This document shows positions 28,401 through 40,889 of a stretch of 64,000 nt of DNA, in pieces; position 1 is the stretch's first letter, and each line of letters starts with the position of its first letter. This DNA is from Octopus vulgaris (taxonomy: Eukaryota): positions 97,278,001-97,342,000 of the forward strand of contig OX597815.1 in NCBI GenBank assembly GCA_951406725.2, in the 5' to 3' direction. The position numbers were made by a program, and so were the translations under genes. Under the pieces are notes generated by a model. That model worked only from the letters and a program-made list of their open reading frames with translations, was not told where the DNA came from and searched no databases.

Positions 28401-29069
28401 AAATCATCATAATAATTGCCAGTTGCATTAACGTTGATGCTAAATAAATACTCTTAACAATTTTTATGTAGATTTTGTTTCAAATTCGCATCAACACAAT
28501 TACTATAAATTAATGGTGTTTCCATATTTGTGGTTTGATGTTTTGTGCTTCTGATTCCCAGCAAAATAAATCGCATCTAATTTTTTTCTTTTAGTGCAAT
28601 TCTTTATTTTTGTTTCTGTAAAGATAGTTTTCATTTTCTGTGAATTGATTTTATGAATTTGTTTTATTTTTTATTGTATGCCATGTTCTAAATTTATTGT
28701 TAACGAACATTCGATGTTGATAATGCTACGTAGCCAAGTATGAGTCATAATTTAAGGATATACATACATTAAGCCCACAAAGCAATGAACACATATATAT
28801 AGATAAACGTACACGCATAAATATGCATATACATGTTTACATATACTCATACATGCATATATACATATCTATAACACATAAATGCAGCCATACATTACAC
28901 ATAATACGTAGGTATATATTTTATATGAACATATATATATATATATATATTCAAAAACTCGCACATAGACACACATACACAAACGCACACACACACACAC
29001 ATATATATATATATCATTTGTGTGCGCAACTTTATATATATATGTGTATATATATATACACATATATAT

Positions 29070-29207
29070 AACTGAACCCAGAACCTTGTTATTAGGAAGC
29101 AAGCTTCTTACCACACAGTTACGCAAGCGTCTATATATATATATAGACGCTTGCGTAACTGTGTGGTAAGAAGCTTGCTTCCTAATAACATGGCTCTGGG
29201 TTCAGTT
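29070..29207. repeat. Loopless palindrome of a SINE family A head centred on (TA)n
   Basis: 69-bp arms with 2 mismatches; centre at 29138/29139. Confidence 0.9.
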
Positions 29208-30413
29208 CTACTGCGTGCCACCTAGTGCAACTCTCTTGAGAGCCACTGCCTGGTAAATCATTATTTTTGCTGCTATCAGTATCACATTACTATTACTATG
29301 CTTATTTTGAACTCACCTTATGTTCCAAAATTGATCTAAGTTTGTTTCCAAAATTATGGCTTCTGCTAGAATGTTATTTCCCGATTATTTCCCGATACTT
29401 CACAATAACTAAACAGTTTTTCTACCATATTTTTCCCTCTTTGCCTTAAATTTAATATGCCTTGTCATATATCTACGTATTTTTTACGCAATATTTTCAA
29501 TATCTCTGAAGATTCCATATCCCGTTATAATAGAATTTATTTCCAAATAAATAATAACGTTCTTGCAAAATCGCGAATGAATGCAATATGATATTTCCAA
29601 ATCTGTATGTTTTATATATAAATAATTTTTCGAAGTACTATGTGGGAGCAAGAAATCGTTTGGATTTCAATGAAACTGCATGTAAACGTAAATAAATATA
29701 CACCTTGAATTCTAAGCATAAAATGGAAATTAAATATCAGCATGATCATCCCAAACAACGAGTTCAATGTATGCGTTTCTCTGAGTATATATGTGCATGT
29801 AAATATAGAAGTTCTTAAACCCAGTTTGTGATTACGTATATGTGTGTATGTATGTGAATGTTGGAATAAAAATTTTGCAATCTGTATCGTAGGTATTACT
29901 CATGTCCATTCCGGAGATGTGACTCTCATGTAGGCATGTAGGTCAGATCTGCATCTGAAAGATAACTACAATGACTATGAAATCTGTTGTACGCTTCTAT
30001 TTCTCAAAACCATATTTTTCTCAAAACCAATGGGTTTATAGATATAACAGAAAATGACATCGAATATCTTGTATTGCTATTCCCACCAGAAGCATAATTG
30101 TATTTGAAAGATGGATTATGAGTACTGGATATTTCTTATGAAGTAATCTTCAAATTGAAACACGGTTTCTTAAATGTATAAAAAGTTCATTAAATTTTCG
30201 AGACCATCTTTATTGAAACAGAGTGTAACCCACAGCCTACGGAAATTTCTCCTGATAGTGATTTTATTTACCATAAGATTTAATACCATGGATTATAAAA
30301 GCACCTTAAAATGAAGTTCTTACCATCCCTTTACTATTTCTATTATATTTATTTCATTTTATTTTATTCTATTATTTTAACTTACATTCCCACATGTTAG
30401 TTTCCCAACATTT

Positions 30414-30550
30414 AGTCTCTCTGATGAAGCCTTGGGGCTCAACCATTGTCCAACCCCAGTCTAATGTGTGTTCATCCCTGTATATCACTGGCGCGATGAG
30501 GATAACTTGGAAGATTTGGTAGCCCCGTAGTAGAAACATCTGTACAGATT
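30414..30550 (+). ncRNA. Hammerhead-like motif with ~105-nt extended stem II, in a probable PLE terminus
   Basis: CTGATGA (30421) ... GGGGCT/AGCCCC, ACCA/TGGT, TCCAA/TTGGA, ATCC/GGAT nested pairings ... GAAACATCTGTA; stems I and III are partly decayed. Confidence 0.5.
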
Positions 30551-30917
30551 TAGTATTTCTACACTCATCTATTCTTATACGTTTATTTTATTTATATATT
30601 TATTTACGTATTTATTGGTTTATTTCATTCGTTTACTTGGATCACTAACAGGTATGATTGTAATCAGTTAAGAAATAGATATAATTGAAAGTTTACAGGT
30701 TGATGTTTGTTGATTATTTATCCTCCCCATTTTCTTATTTGGCTTATACATTCTGGGTAAATTTCTAATTTAGCCCCACTCATACCTAGTATTTAGTTGC
30801 GATATTGTCCTTCAATAGTAAGCTCATGTTTATAAATACGTAGATATAAAACCAGCAGTATATTGGATATTTAATATTTTTTATATGGTTAATTACGCAA
30901 AAAACGGATACACATAC

Positions 30918-30970
<53 letters not shown>

Positions 30971-32400
30971 TGTGTGTGTCTGTGCGTGAGTATATATGTA
31001 TATACATATATATATATATACACACACACACATATATATATATATACATACATACCTATATACATATATACATTCAAATATATATATATATATATATATA
31101 CATACATACATATAATAATAGCAGGCGCTTTGTGTTAGAGGTTTCAACCCTCCTCAGACTGATGATGACGCTGGATGGGAAGTAGAGTCTTCCCGAGTTT
31201 GCTTTCAATCTTTCATTATTATGTGAATTTTGTTTTATTTTACTTCACAGAATAATACATGTGATATACGTGCGTTCGTGTTTCAGCGAGTGTGTTTGTG
31301 TATGTAATTCACTTAGCCTAACACAACTTCTTCCGAAGGAAATTTCATTCTTTCCGATCCAATATTTCAGTAAAAGACCCAGCAGTAAGAGAAGCATTAA
31401 GAAACTATAATATAAGCACTATAATTCAACGCATTTATGTATTTTCCATTGTCCTACTAAGATACATTTTAATCTACTGGTATTTGCAGCATTAGAATGC
31501 CACATGGCAGTATGCCATAACATAAACAATGGACACATGTCATACATTTTCTATCACTCGTTCTTCATATTTTTACTTTTATATACAATTGAGGAATCTA
31601 TGTCTTCTTTATAGAAGAATCATTTGCATCCATTTCAAACAAGCAGAAATCATGACCACATTACAGAATATAATCAGGGTGCAATATAGAAAGCAGATAC
31701 GACTGGAATAACATTGATCTGATGTCTAGTCGATCAGAACTGAAATGGCAGTAAATAGCAACAGTATCAATTCCGTCTAATGTCGCTTTAATTCTTTTAA
31801 TGCTTTCCAATAATAATGTAACAATATTGTTTCCAGGATAGATACACAGAAATTTCTGTTTCAGACAGATCGGATAAATAACATATGTCACATAGTCATT
31901 AATTATTATTAATAAATAACATTTTTGAAAAGGAATTCATACATTATTCATATCAGTGGTAACTTATTCTGCATGTTATATACCTTCATGTATTGTATTC
32001 CTGCGTGTTATTGTTTAGTGTCATGTCAAAACTGATCAATGAAATTCCTGCAGCAATGGCCATGAACTTTTTATTGTTATCTGTCACATGTAATCTTCTC
32101 TTTACTAACACTGGAATGTATGATTTGAATAGGATTGAACCGCTATTTCTAACAGATTCAATGACATTGTAGAAGAGATATTATTCACATAGTAACATGA
32201 CTTATGCATTTCACACACACACTCACACAAAAGACCTCTATCACACACACGCATACACAAAAACAATCAGACACACAAACACACATGGATACACACGCAC
32301 GAATATGATGCTGGTCAACAAACTGTTCGGAAGGAAAATGAGAAGTAAAGAAATAACTGTTACTATTCGTAATAGTCAGTTTGTAAAATACGTTTAATAT

Positions 32401-32682
32401 CTATCCTTTGTCTATTACTTGTTTCATTCAGTGGACTGTGACCATGCTAGGGCACTTCCCTGAAGGGTTTAATCGAATAAATCGACCAGAGTATTTATTT
32501 TCCTTTTGAGAATCGCAGGACTTGTATAAGTTCTTTTTGCCGAACCGCTAATATAACGCAGCCATAAGCAACCCAACGCCGTTTGTCAAGCGGTGGTGGG
32601 GAAAAACACAGATAGACAGATAAATATATAGATAGATATCTATATAGATTCACACACATATGTATGCATGTATGTATGTATG

Positions 32683-32739
<57 letters not shown>

Positions 32740-32880
32740 CGGACTTATTTCTGTTTCCGCCTACCAAATCCATTCGGCCTGGGGCTGTAGTAGAAGATAC
32801 CTAAAGTGTCACACATTGAAACTAAACACGGAAACATGGGTTTGTAATGAAGCTTCTTACTTCACAGTCACGCCTGCGCC
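32401..32880 (-). mobile_element. SINE family A with expanded internal microsatellite
   Basis: Ends in cacagtcacgcctgcgcc (reverse complement of the head); tail and central motifs as in the 1576 copy. Confidence 0.8.
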
Positions 32881-33357
32881 TATATACAGAAAACCTCCAG
32901 GAAAATGCTTTGTCGAACGATCATGTGACGTAGCAAGAATTATTGAGGATCGATGTTGGCTTCAACCGTACACAGAGATGTGAACACAAAGTATGCAAGA
33001 TTTACAGACCGCTAGGCCTTACGCCAGCCAATCGAATAGTAACTGAATTACTTGACGATACAGCAGAGTTAGAGGAAATAAAAAAGTGAGCTAGATGAAA
33101 GGAAAGAGAGTGAAACGAAGAGTGAAGATGTAGCAGAAATGAAAATACAAAAAGAAAACAATAGAAACTAAGCTTATGCATGTATTCTATACAGTGGAGA
33201 AAATATTTAGAAATGTTTACGAAAAGACATTAAGAGATTAACTCGTATTTTCAGAATCAGAAAGCCAGGTCACGCCTTCAGTCATTTTCTGTCAAAAAGT
33301 AACGAACAGACATAACTAACAGACTTTCTTCGATCATAACTATCAGATCAAAAAATC

Positions 33358-33550
33358 TTTTCTACTCTAAGCACAAGGCCCGAAATTTTGGGGATTAGAT
33401 CGGACCTAGTACGCAACTGGTAATTAGTTTATCGACCACAAAAGGATGAAAGGCAAAGTCGGCGGAATTTGAACTGAGACCATATAGACAGACGAAATAA
33501 AGCTAAGCATTTCGCCAAGCGTGCTAACGTTACTGCCATCTCGCCGCCTT
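33358..33550 (-). mobile_element. SINE family B
   Basis: Minus-strand head ggcggcgagatggcagtaacgttagcacgc..; core gttcaaattccgcc..gactttgcctttcatcc; also at 38.5, 39.3 and 62.1 kb. Confidence 0.85.
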
Positions 33551-33786
33551 TATCACATCAAAGAATGCGGCCAAAATGCCTGAGCACTAAAATTGTTCAC
33601 ATTTTTGAAATTTCATTTTAGCAGTCTGTACTTCTCAGTCTTTTCTAATTCTTTTTCACTTATCTCCAAGTATTGCAATATCTATAATTTTGGTTTCATT
33701 TTTTCCTTTATCTTCCACAAATATATTTGGTTTGTTGAGCAACGATTAGGGAGTCACAGTGAATTGTAAAATCCCACAGTATCTAA

Positions 33787-33881
<95 letters not shown>

Positions 33882-33882
<1 letters not shown>

Positions 33883-35965
33883 TATGTTTGACTTTTGCAT
33901 TATGTCTGTACAAGTTGGCTCCAAGTCTCACCCAGAGACCTCAAGAGACAACAGGTTGGAAGTCCACGTTGTTGTTATGCCTAGTGTGCCATATATTTGG
34001 GGGGGGGGGTGTACTAATGAATGTCTAATACATAAGTTTTAAAAAAATATTTGTTTTAAACCTTGGGATTACATAGAGAGTATTTTGCGTAGGATATGAG
34101 CAGTTCCCATGAGCACTATCTTTTGAATTTCTGCGATTTTGGGGTTTCCTGGTATCTGAGTTAGGTAGCAATCAGCCGCTTTCGCTATCATTCCCCGGGC
34201 ACCTATGACAACATGTATTGTTTTAGTTATCAGGTTCCACATTTTGCTGATTTCTATTTCAAGATCTTTATATTTGCTCAGTTTTTGGTAAGTCTTGACA
34301 GATACGTTTATATCGATTGGGACAGTCATATCAACGAGGAAGCATGTTCTTTGTCTGAAGTCTTTCAATATGATGTCTGGCCTATTTGCATCTATTTTTC
34401 TGTCAGTTTGGATGGTGAAGTTCCAGAGGAGCGAGATGTGGTCATTTCCAAGCACTGGAGGTGGATTGTGTTCCCACCAGATGTTTTCATGGGGCAAATC
34501 CAGGTTTTTGCAAATTACCCAGTGAATATAATGTGCAGCTCTATCATGCCTGTTGAGGTACTCTGTAGGCGCTAGAAGATTGCATTTGGAGACAACATGA
34601 TCAATGGTCTTATTTTGTTGTCGGCCTACACGACATGTTGGGCTACTGCCGTTCTTTAATATGTTGATCTTGAGCTGCTATGATAAACCCTTCTGTTTCA
34701 GATTTTACGCCAGAGGCCATTAGCCATTGATGGGTCAGGGCTTTGTCAATATCTGCATTATTCGCTCTCTTTGGGTATTTGCCATAGAGAGGTTTTTCTT
34801 GCCATTTATTATTCAGAATATCTAAGGCCTCAGTTTTGGCACGGGTTTTCATGCGCCTAGCTTTTTCTGTGCTTGTTTCTAGTATGTCTATCTCTAATTC
34901 CGAAATTGGTTGTATTCGGAATTCACTTAGATATTCCTTTGCCTGTTTTGTTACTGAGTATGATGCTTTCTTGTTTTCATGTTTTGAGACAAGTTTTAAC
35001 ATCCAGTCCTCAGACTTTTTCAGGTAGGTCTCTAGGCCAATTGTAGCAATCTTCATTGTTATTGCCAGTTGCAAAAGACCACGGCCTCCCTCTTTTCTTG
35101 GCAGATAAAGTCGTTCTGTATCTGCCTTAGGGTGGTGCATTCTATGCATTGTCAAAAGTTTTCTTATTTTTCTGTCGAGCTGACATATTTCAGTAATTGA
35201 CCAGTTAACGATATTGAAACTGTAAGTCACGACTGGTATGGCTAAGGCATTGATCGCTTCGATCCTGTTTCTTGCATTCAGCTCTGTCTTGAGTATTGCT
35301 CTCACTCTTCGATAGTATTCTCTCCTGATCCTTTCCTTCATCTCTGAATGCCTTATTCCGTTCCCTTCAATTACCCCTAGGTACATGTAGCTCTCCGCTG
35401 GGTCTAGTTCTTTTATGATATTCTGCTCATCAAGGTTAACGTTAGATGTTTCTGTCACTTTTCCTTTGATAAAGGTAGCTTTTGCACATTTATCGAGGCC
35501 GAATTGCATTCTGATGTCGTCACTGAATTGTTTGACTATCGCTAGTTAGCCCTTGAGTTGTTGGTAATTTTTTGCAAAAAGCTTTAAATCATCCATGTAA
35601 ATGAGATGATTTATAATTTTATCAAACATTTTATACCCGCACTGCGCGGGTGGTAGGTTATCAAAAGCCATTTTATAGTCTATCCAGGCTATTGATAAGT
35701 TTTTGTGTCGTTTGTGACAATCTTCTAAGATCATCTTATTGATGAGTAGTTGATCTTTACAGCCGTAGGAATCCACGTTTACATCCTTTCTGTTCATTAG
35801 GGAATATGCTGCTGTCTGTTAAAAAACTATAAGTATATTCCGTCAGGACAGATGTTAGCGTTTTCTACATAGTTGTTAAGCAGGTTATGGGTCTATAGTT
35901 TTTGGTTCATTTGTTTCTTCACTCTTTGGAAGCAGGAATGTTAACCCATTAACTAGCCAAGGAGG

Positions 35966-35966
<1 letters not shown>
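33882..35966 (-). mobile_element. 5'-truncated, disrupted R4/Dong-like non-LTR retrotransposon (RT plus restriction-like endonuclease)
   Basis: [45 protein letters not shown]; zinc knuckle CRVGR..TIDHVVSKC; RHD; NRPDI..D; flanked by (TTA)n at 33790-33881 and 35967-36015. Confidence 0.9.
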
Positions 35967-36015
<49 letters not shown>

Positions 36016-36016
<1 letters not shown>

Positions 36017-36425
36017 TGAGTGAGAGAGCAGGGCATGCCATCAAAGTGACACTGGGTAAAATATACGTAGCCCAGTATACCCATCATGTCTACCTGCCTG
36101 ATAAGGTTACACTGGGCACATGCATTACAACCATATGTGTAAGACATGCTGATCTCATATCAAGATAAACAGCGCATGACCTTGCAGGTGGGGGCCCTGT
36201 TAGAATTTTCTTCTTGTCGAATACCCCACCCCGCTCAAAAGGTCCCTGAATAAGGATTGTTTAAGGATGTTTTCAAAGGTGAATTATCCAAACCACCAAG
36301 AATTCCTTTCAACACACGGCTATGAGGCTCCCCCGCTACTTCTGTTCGTGTTCAGAGATGCACATATCGTCAGCCACTAAGGGACATTGTCAACTGGTTA
36401 AGGTCAAACAACTGGCAAGCAATCC
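36016..36425 (-). mobile_element. Interspersed repeat (SINE-like) ending in the (TAA)n tract
   Basis: GC-richer block directly abutting the (tta)n run; no ORF; family not identified. Confidence 0.45.
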
Positions 36426-37453
36426 GTCAATAAATTCTGCATACATCCCAATATTTTGTGAATTCCTTTTGAAGAAACTAAATTAGTGTATTTCTGAAAA
36501 TATGAATGACAAATATAAAATCGTGATAAAGTTTATACTTTCTCTATTGTCAATAGAGATAAATTGTTAAGGACACCAAAGTAGGAGCACGTTAACGTGT
36601 ACTGGTTGGACAGTTGCAGAAGAATACGAGACCATAATATAGAAATTATGCATGTGAAGAATAGTTTTCTTCCTATTGGCCTCTAAACAGGATCTGAACT
36701 GAATAGATTTTAAGAAACAGAATATGAATATGACATTGATGTTATTGCACATAAGAAGGTAGATCATAGCGAGAAATACAGATAAGGAAATGGAATTCTT
36801 CAAAGACACAGATTGTCTACTTTACGGAAAGAAATGTAGAATAGACTTGTTTGTGATACAATCTAAAAGGGAGAATGGGGAAATAATCAAAATTGCAGAA
36901 ACATTTGAATTGCAATGAAATAGTTGTATTAAGGGACATGCAGAGCTTATAGTGTTTCAGGCTGATTAAAACGAAATATAAAGAAATGAAAGACCACATA
37001 GAAAAATGGACACACAATGCGGAAATCCCTACGTGGTATATTTAAATATTAGAGTCCGCAGGAGTTAGTGGGATCTGCGCTGACTAATATTAATGCAAAG
37101 GCATCAAAGGAAAGCATACATTTCATAACATTTCATTCAATAAATCTAAAGTTCATTGTATGCTGTTCAAAGTAGCAGCTATATTTCATCAAATCCAAAT
37201 TGCATATGGCAACTATAAGTATTCATTATTTATGATACTATATAGGATTAAAAATAATATCTTAGATGATAAAGTTTTTCAATCAGTTTACTTAAAGCTA
37301 AACAACAAAATCAGTGTATAGAAACAAAGTGAGAAGTTAATGTTCAAATGCTATATTAATGCAACAAGGAGAATATACGCAATAGCTACAGTCCTTGTGT
37401 ATATAGTGTGACGCAGTTTAAACGTGATTTAACGTATCCTACTTCCAGGAGTC

Positions 37454-37717
37454 GTGGAAGCGTGTGGATTAGTGGTCCAGGTGTCAAAACCATGATGTAC
37501 GATTCTGGTTTCGATTCCTGGACCGAGTGACGCGTTGTGTTTTTGAACAAAACACTTCATTTCATGTTGCTCCAGTCCACTCAGCTGGCAAAATTGAGTA
37601 ACACTCCGATGGACTGGTGTCCCATCCAGCTGGGGAACACCTACGCCATAAAAACCGGGAAACCGGGCCCATGAGCCTGGCTAGGTTTGAAAAGGGCGTT
37701 TGTTATTTTATTATTTT
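37454..37717 (+). mobile_element. tRNA-derived SINE, family D, with 8-bp TSD
   Basis: A-box-like tggattagtgg, B-box ggtttcgattcc, central gctccagtccactcagctg, T-rich tail; CAGGAGTC duplicated at 37446-37453 and 37718-37725. Confidence 0.85.
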
Positions 37718-38479
37718 CAGGAGTCAAGTGCGGAATATCACGAACGTGTACGAAATGTGATACCTGAAGATAGTTACTGTTTACGGTCTATAAATACTAG
37801 CAGCCATGTCTTGTTAAGTTTAGCTCGATCTTCTTAAATGTAAGCAACAAACAGTATATAATCTGACACTAGTTATACTTGAAAATGAAAATAAAACTAG
37901 TGGAAATTGATTTCAGAGAAGCTGAACAAACAATACAACAAAGCTTATACGATAAACGAATAAATATGGGCTGATATACTATTAATGTACGCCCACAGTT
38001 TTCTCTTCTTACTACTTCCCTAATTTTCTTGTTAGAGACACAAACAAATAACGGTAACTTTCAGTAGTTGTCATGCAAAAAAGGAGAAAATTTCAAAATA
38101 TTAGGAATATATTTCACAAAATTAAGTCCATTCACTTACAAGAAAATTAACCTTCGATTGTCATCGTGTGTCGTTGTTCGGATTATGCAAATGTTACGAT
38201 CTGAGGGCAAGTTGATCAAAACCTACTGTAGGAATTTTCTATATGAAGATAAATGTAATCATCTGAGAAATTATATCCTTATTTCTTTATATGATACCCA
38301 TTTTATTAATTTACTTTTGATATGAAAAATAGTTTTGTCGAGTGCGATATCTTATTGTTTAGTAAACAGAATCAAGTAGTTCTGCAATTGATAATTTTTC
38401 ATCCCAATTATCTTATAAACCCACTTCTTAATGAGCTTATAACAAATGTTCTATCGTATTTGCTTGCCAGAATGCATTC

Positions 38480-38677
38480 AGCTGTCAAAATCTTTAGTAT
38501 GCCGGGCAAAACCCTTGGCCGTATTTCATGTGTCTTTATGTTCCGAGTTCAAATTCCGCCTAGGTCGACTCTACCTTTCATCACTTGGGGGTTAATAAAA
38601 TAAATATCAGTTAAGTACTGGGACCGATGTAATCGGCTTACACTTAAGCCGCAATTGCTGTCTTTATGCCAAAATGT
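38480..38677 (+). mobile_element. SINE family B
   Basis: agctgtcaaaatctttagtatgccggg..gagttcaaattccgcctaggtcgactctacctttca. Confidence 0.8.
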
Positions 38678-38733
38678 GTTGTCAGCCTAATACGAGATGA
38701 TTCTATACTTATTAGATTAATTATCAGATTTAT

Positions 38734-39061
38734 ACTGTTATGTCTGGGGAGAGTCATTTTGTTTTTGTGCCTTATAATGTAACACACTCACCGGTAAAAT
38801 TTCCACTATTTTCTTATTTTTATTTTCCTAAAATTTTCGTTGCAACTTGCAACCTTTTCAATATTCAAAACTATTGAAAATGTTGCAAGACGCAACGAAA
38901 ATTTTAGGAAAATAAAAATAAGAAAAGAAGTGGAAATTTTATCGGTAAGTGTGTTACATTATAAGGCACAAAAAGAAAATGACTCTCCCCAGACATAACA
39001 GAATATGCTTCAACACACGAACTCATACAAAGAATTTTGCAAGCCAAATCCAAAAACGAAA
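38734..39061 (+). mobile_element. Short PLE-type insertion: inverted pLTR hairpin plus tail, 12-bp TSD
   Basis: Arms 38735-38863 and 38872-39001; TATCAGATTTAT at 38722-38733 and 39062-39073; hammerhead-like motif 38871-38907; ATG at 38979 starts MTLPRHNRICFNTRTHTKNFASQIQKR. Confidence 0.75.
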
Positions 39062-39342
39062 TATCAGATTTATTCTATGCGTATATTAGTATTTCTCAAA
39101 ATTGCTCAATTCTAAATGTAGTGAAAGATATAAATTATATGCACTGTAAAATAAACGTATTTTAAAACTATTATACTTATTTTGACATTCCCGTATATTT
39201 TAGTGAAGATATATTATGAACGTTGATTTCTACTACAAAATATAACTTCCACATGAAAGAATATGTTTTAATTGAAATATTGCAAAAAGGTTGAAGCTTT
39301 TGTTGGTCTCTTTCTTTAAAGATTTTAAATGAATTTATATAT

Positions 39343-39558
39343 CGGTTTCAAATTTTGGCACAAGGCCAGTAAGTTCGCGAGAGGCTGCTAGTTGATTAAA
39401 TCGACCAGAACGCTCACCTAATGCGTATTTTATCGACACCCGAAGGGGATGAAATACAAAGTCGACCATGGTGGAATTTGAACTCAGAGCATAAAGACGG
39501 ACAAAATGCGATAAACATTTTATCCGGCGGGGTAATGATTCTGCCAGCTCACTGCCTT
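39343..39558 (-). mobile_element. SINE family B
   Basis: aaattttggcacaaggccag..gtcgaccatggtggaatttgaactcagag..ctgccagctcactgcc. Confidence 0.85.
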
Positions 39559-40707
39559 AAATGATTTTATATATTAAATTCACCTTGGTATGTACATATT
39601 AAAGAAATGAATACTTTTTGATGTATTCAGATATTATCTGGGCTATTTTGCTTGATACAGTTATTTTCCCTGTATACACTCTTGTATATATTCTTAATAA
39701 TTCTCCCATCACTATCAAACAAATTCGACAATTAAGTTGAATGTTTTTGCACGTGGATCCCGTCAATTTTCTCCAGTCGAACAACATTCCCACTGAAATA
39801 CGTGTGTCGCTGAAATTAGTAAATTGTTGCTAGAATTATTCAACCATACTTCAATATCGTAAATAATCATTATTACTAAGTGGCAAATATTTTTGTAAAA
39901 TTAATTTACGAAGTACCTCATAATGATAAGATACATAACTTGGTTATGTTTTACACACTTACATTTATAGGGGTGATTGTTTCATTCCTGATTACCTGTA
40001 TAAGAATATGTCCATCTGTATATCCTTGTAGGTTATTTTGGGGCGATAAGATATATTGATTAAATCATCAATTATCTGTAATAATACACATGATAATACA
40101 CTTACAAATATATTTCCAACATTAAAAAGCTAAGTCAAAGAAAATAAGTTGAAAGTGTATAGATATATGAAAGAAAGTCAGGGAAAAAAAAGTCAGGGGA
40201 AAAAAAACACCAGGTGTACTGTTGGCGGATTTCAGGAAGCATGGAAGATTTGAAGGACGTCATGTCTCGGTAGCTAACGACTCATTTGTGTTGTTTATTC
40301 CATACTTCAAGAGTTCTGATCGTCTAAAAATGTTTCCGATAGTTATGGGTATTGCGTTGATATTTTGATTTTGAAAGCATGTCCAAAGTGTTCGCCATAT
40401 GGAATTCAAAAATGTGCCGAAGGTTGTTATTGGAAAGATCAGGAAAAATGGTCCATATAATATCATAATATATATTTTTGCGTCGGAGTCACAAAATATA
40501 CAGTAGCTTTACAAATACTTTTCTACACAGGTCTATCATTCTTTTAAAAGATAGCGTGTTTTCAAATGTTTTCTACAATAAAGTTGTTTTCTTTTTTAGA
40601 ATCTGAGGAATGACAGTAGTGTGGAGGAATGATTATATTTGCTTGTGCTTTTCTGAATTTGAGCTAACTATCAACTTTAATTTATTTTTCTTTTTGGATA
40701 TTTCCAG

Positions 40708-40889
40708 GTTTAGTACGACTTCAAGAGATACTAAAAGCTACTCAAGACAACGACTTTGAGGTTACAGTGCGTAAATTAGAAATGGTCAATGGGAACTATA
40801 TATCCATCATGAAGGAACTAAAGAACAATGGAGAGTTTCGCATAATGGTCGATTGTAATACCACATTCGTCAAAATGATTTTAGCAAAT
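40708..40889 (+). CDS. Internal coding exon of an ionotropic glutamate receptor, kainate (GRIK/GluK)-like amino-terminal domain
   Basis: Polypyrimidine tract and ttccAG acceptor; GTAAGT donor; phase 1 to phase 0. Translation (G)LVRLQEILKATQDNDFEVTVRKLEMVNGNYISIMKELKNNGEFRIMVDCNTTFVKMILAN resembles, from memory, vertebrate GluK GLIRLQELIKAP...[28 protein letters not shown]. The paralogue cannot be assigned from one exon. Confidence 0.9.

Noticed and set aside
31141-31157. Minus-strand CTGAGGAGGGTTGAAAC hammerhead-like core
   Set aside because: No supportable stem I or stem III, and no NUH site in the right place.
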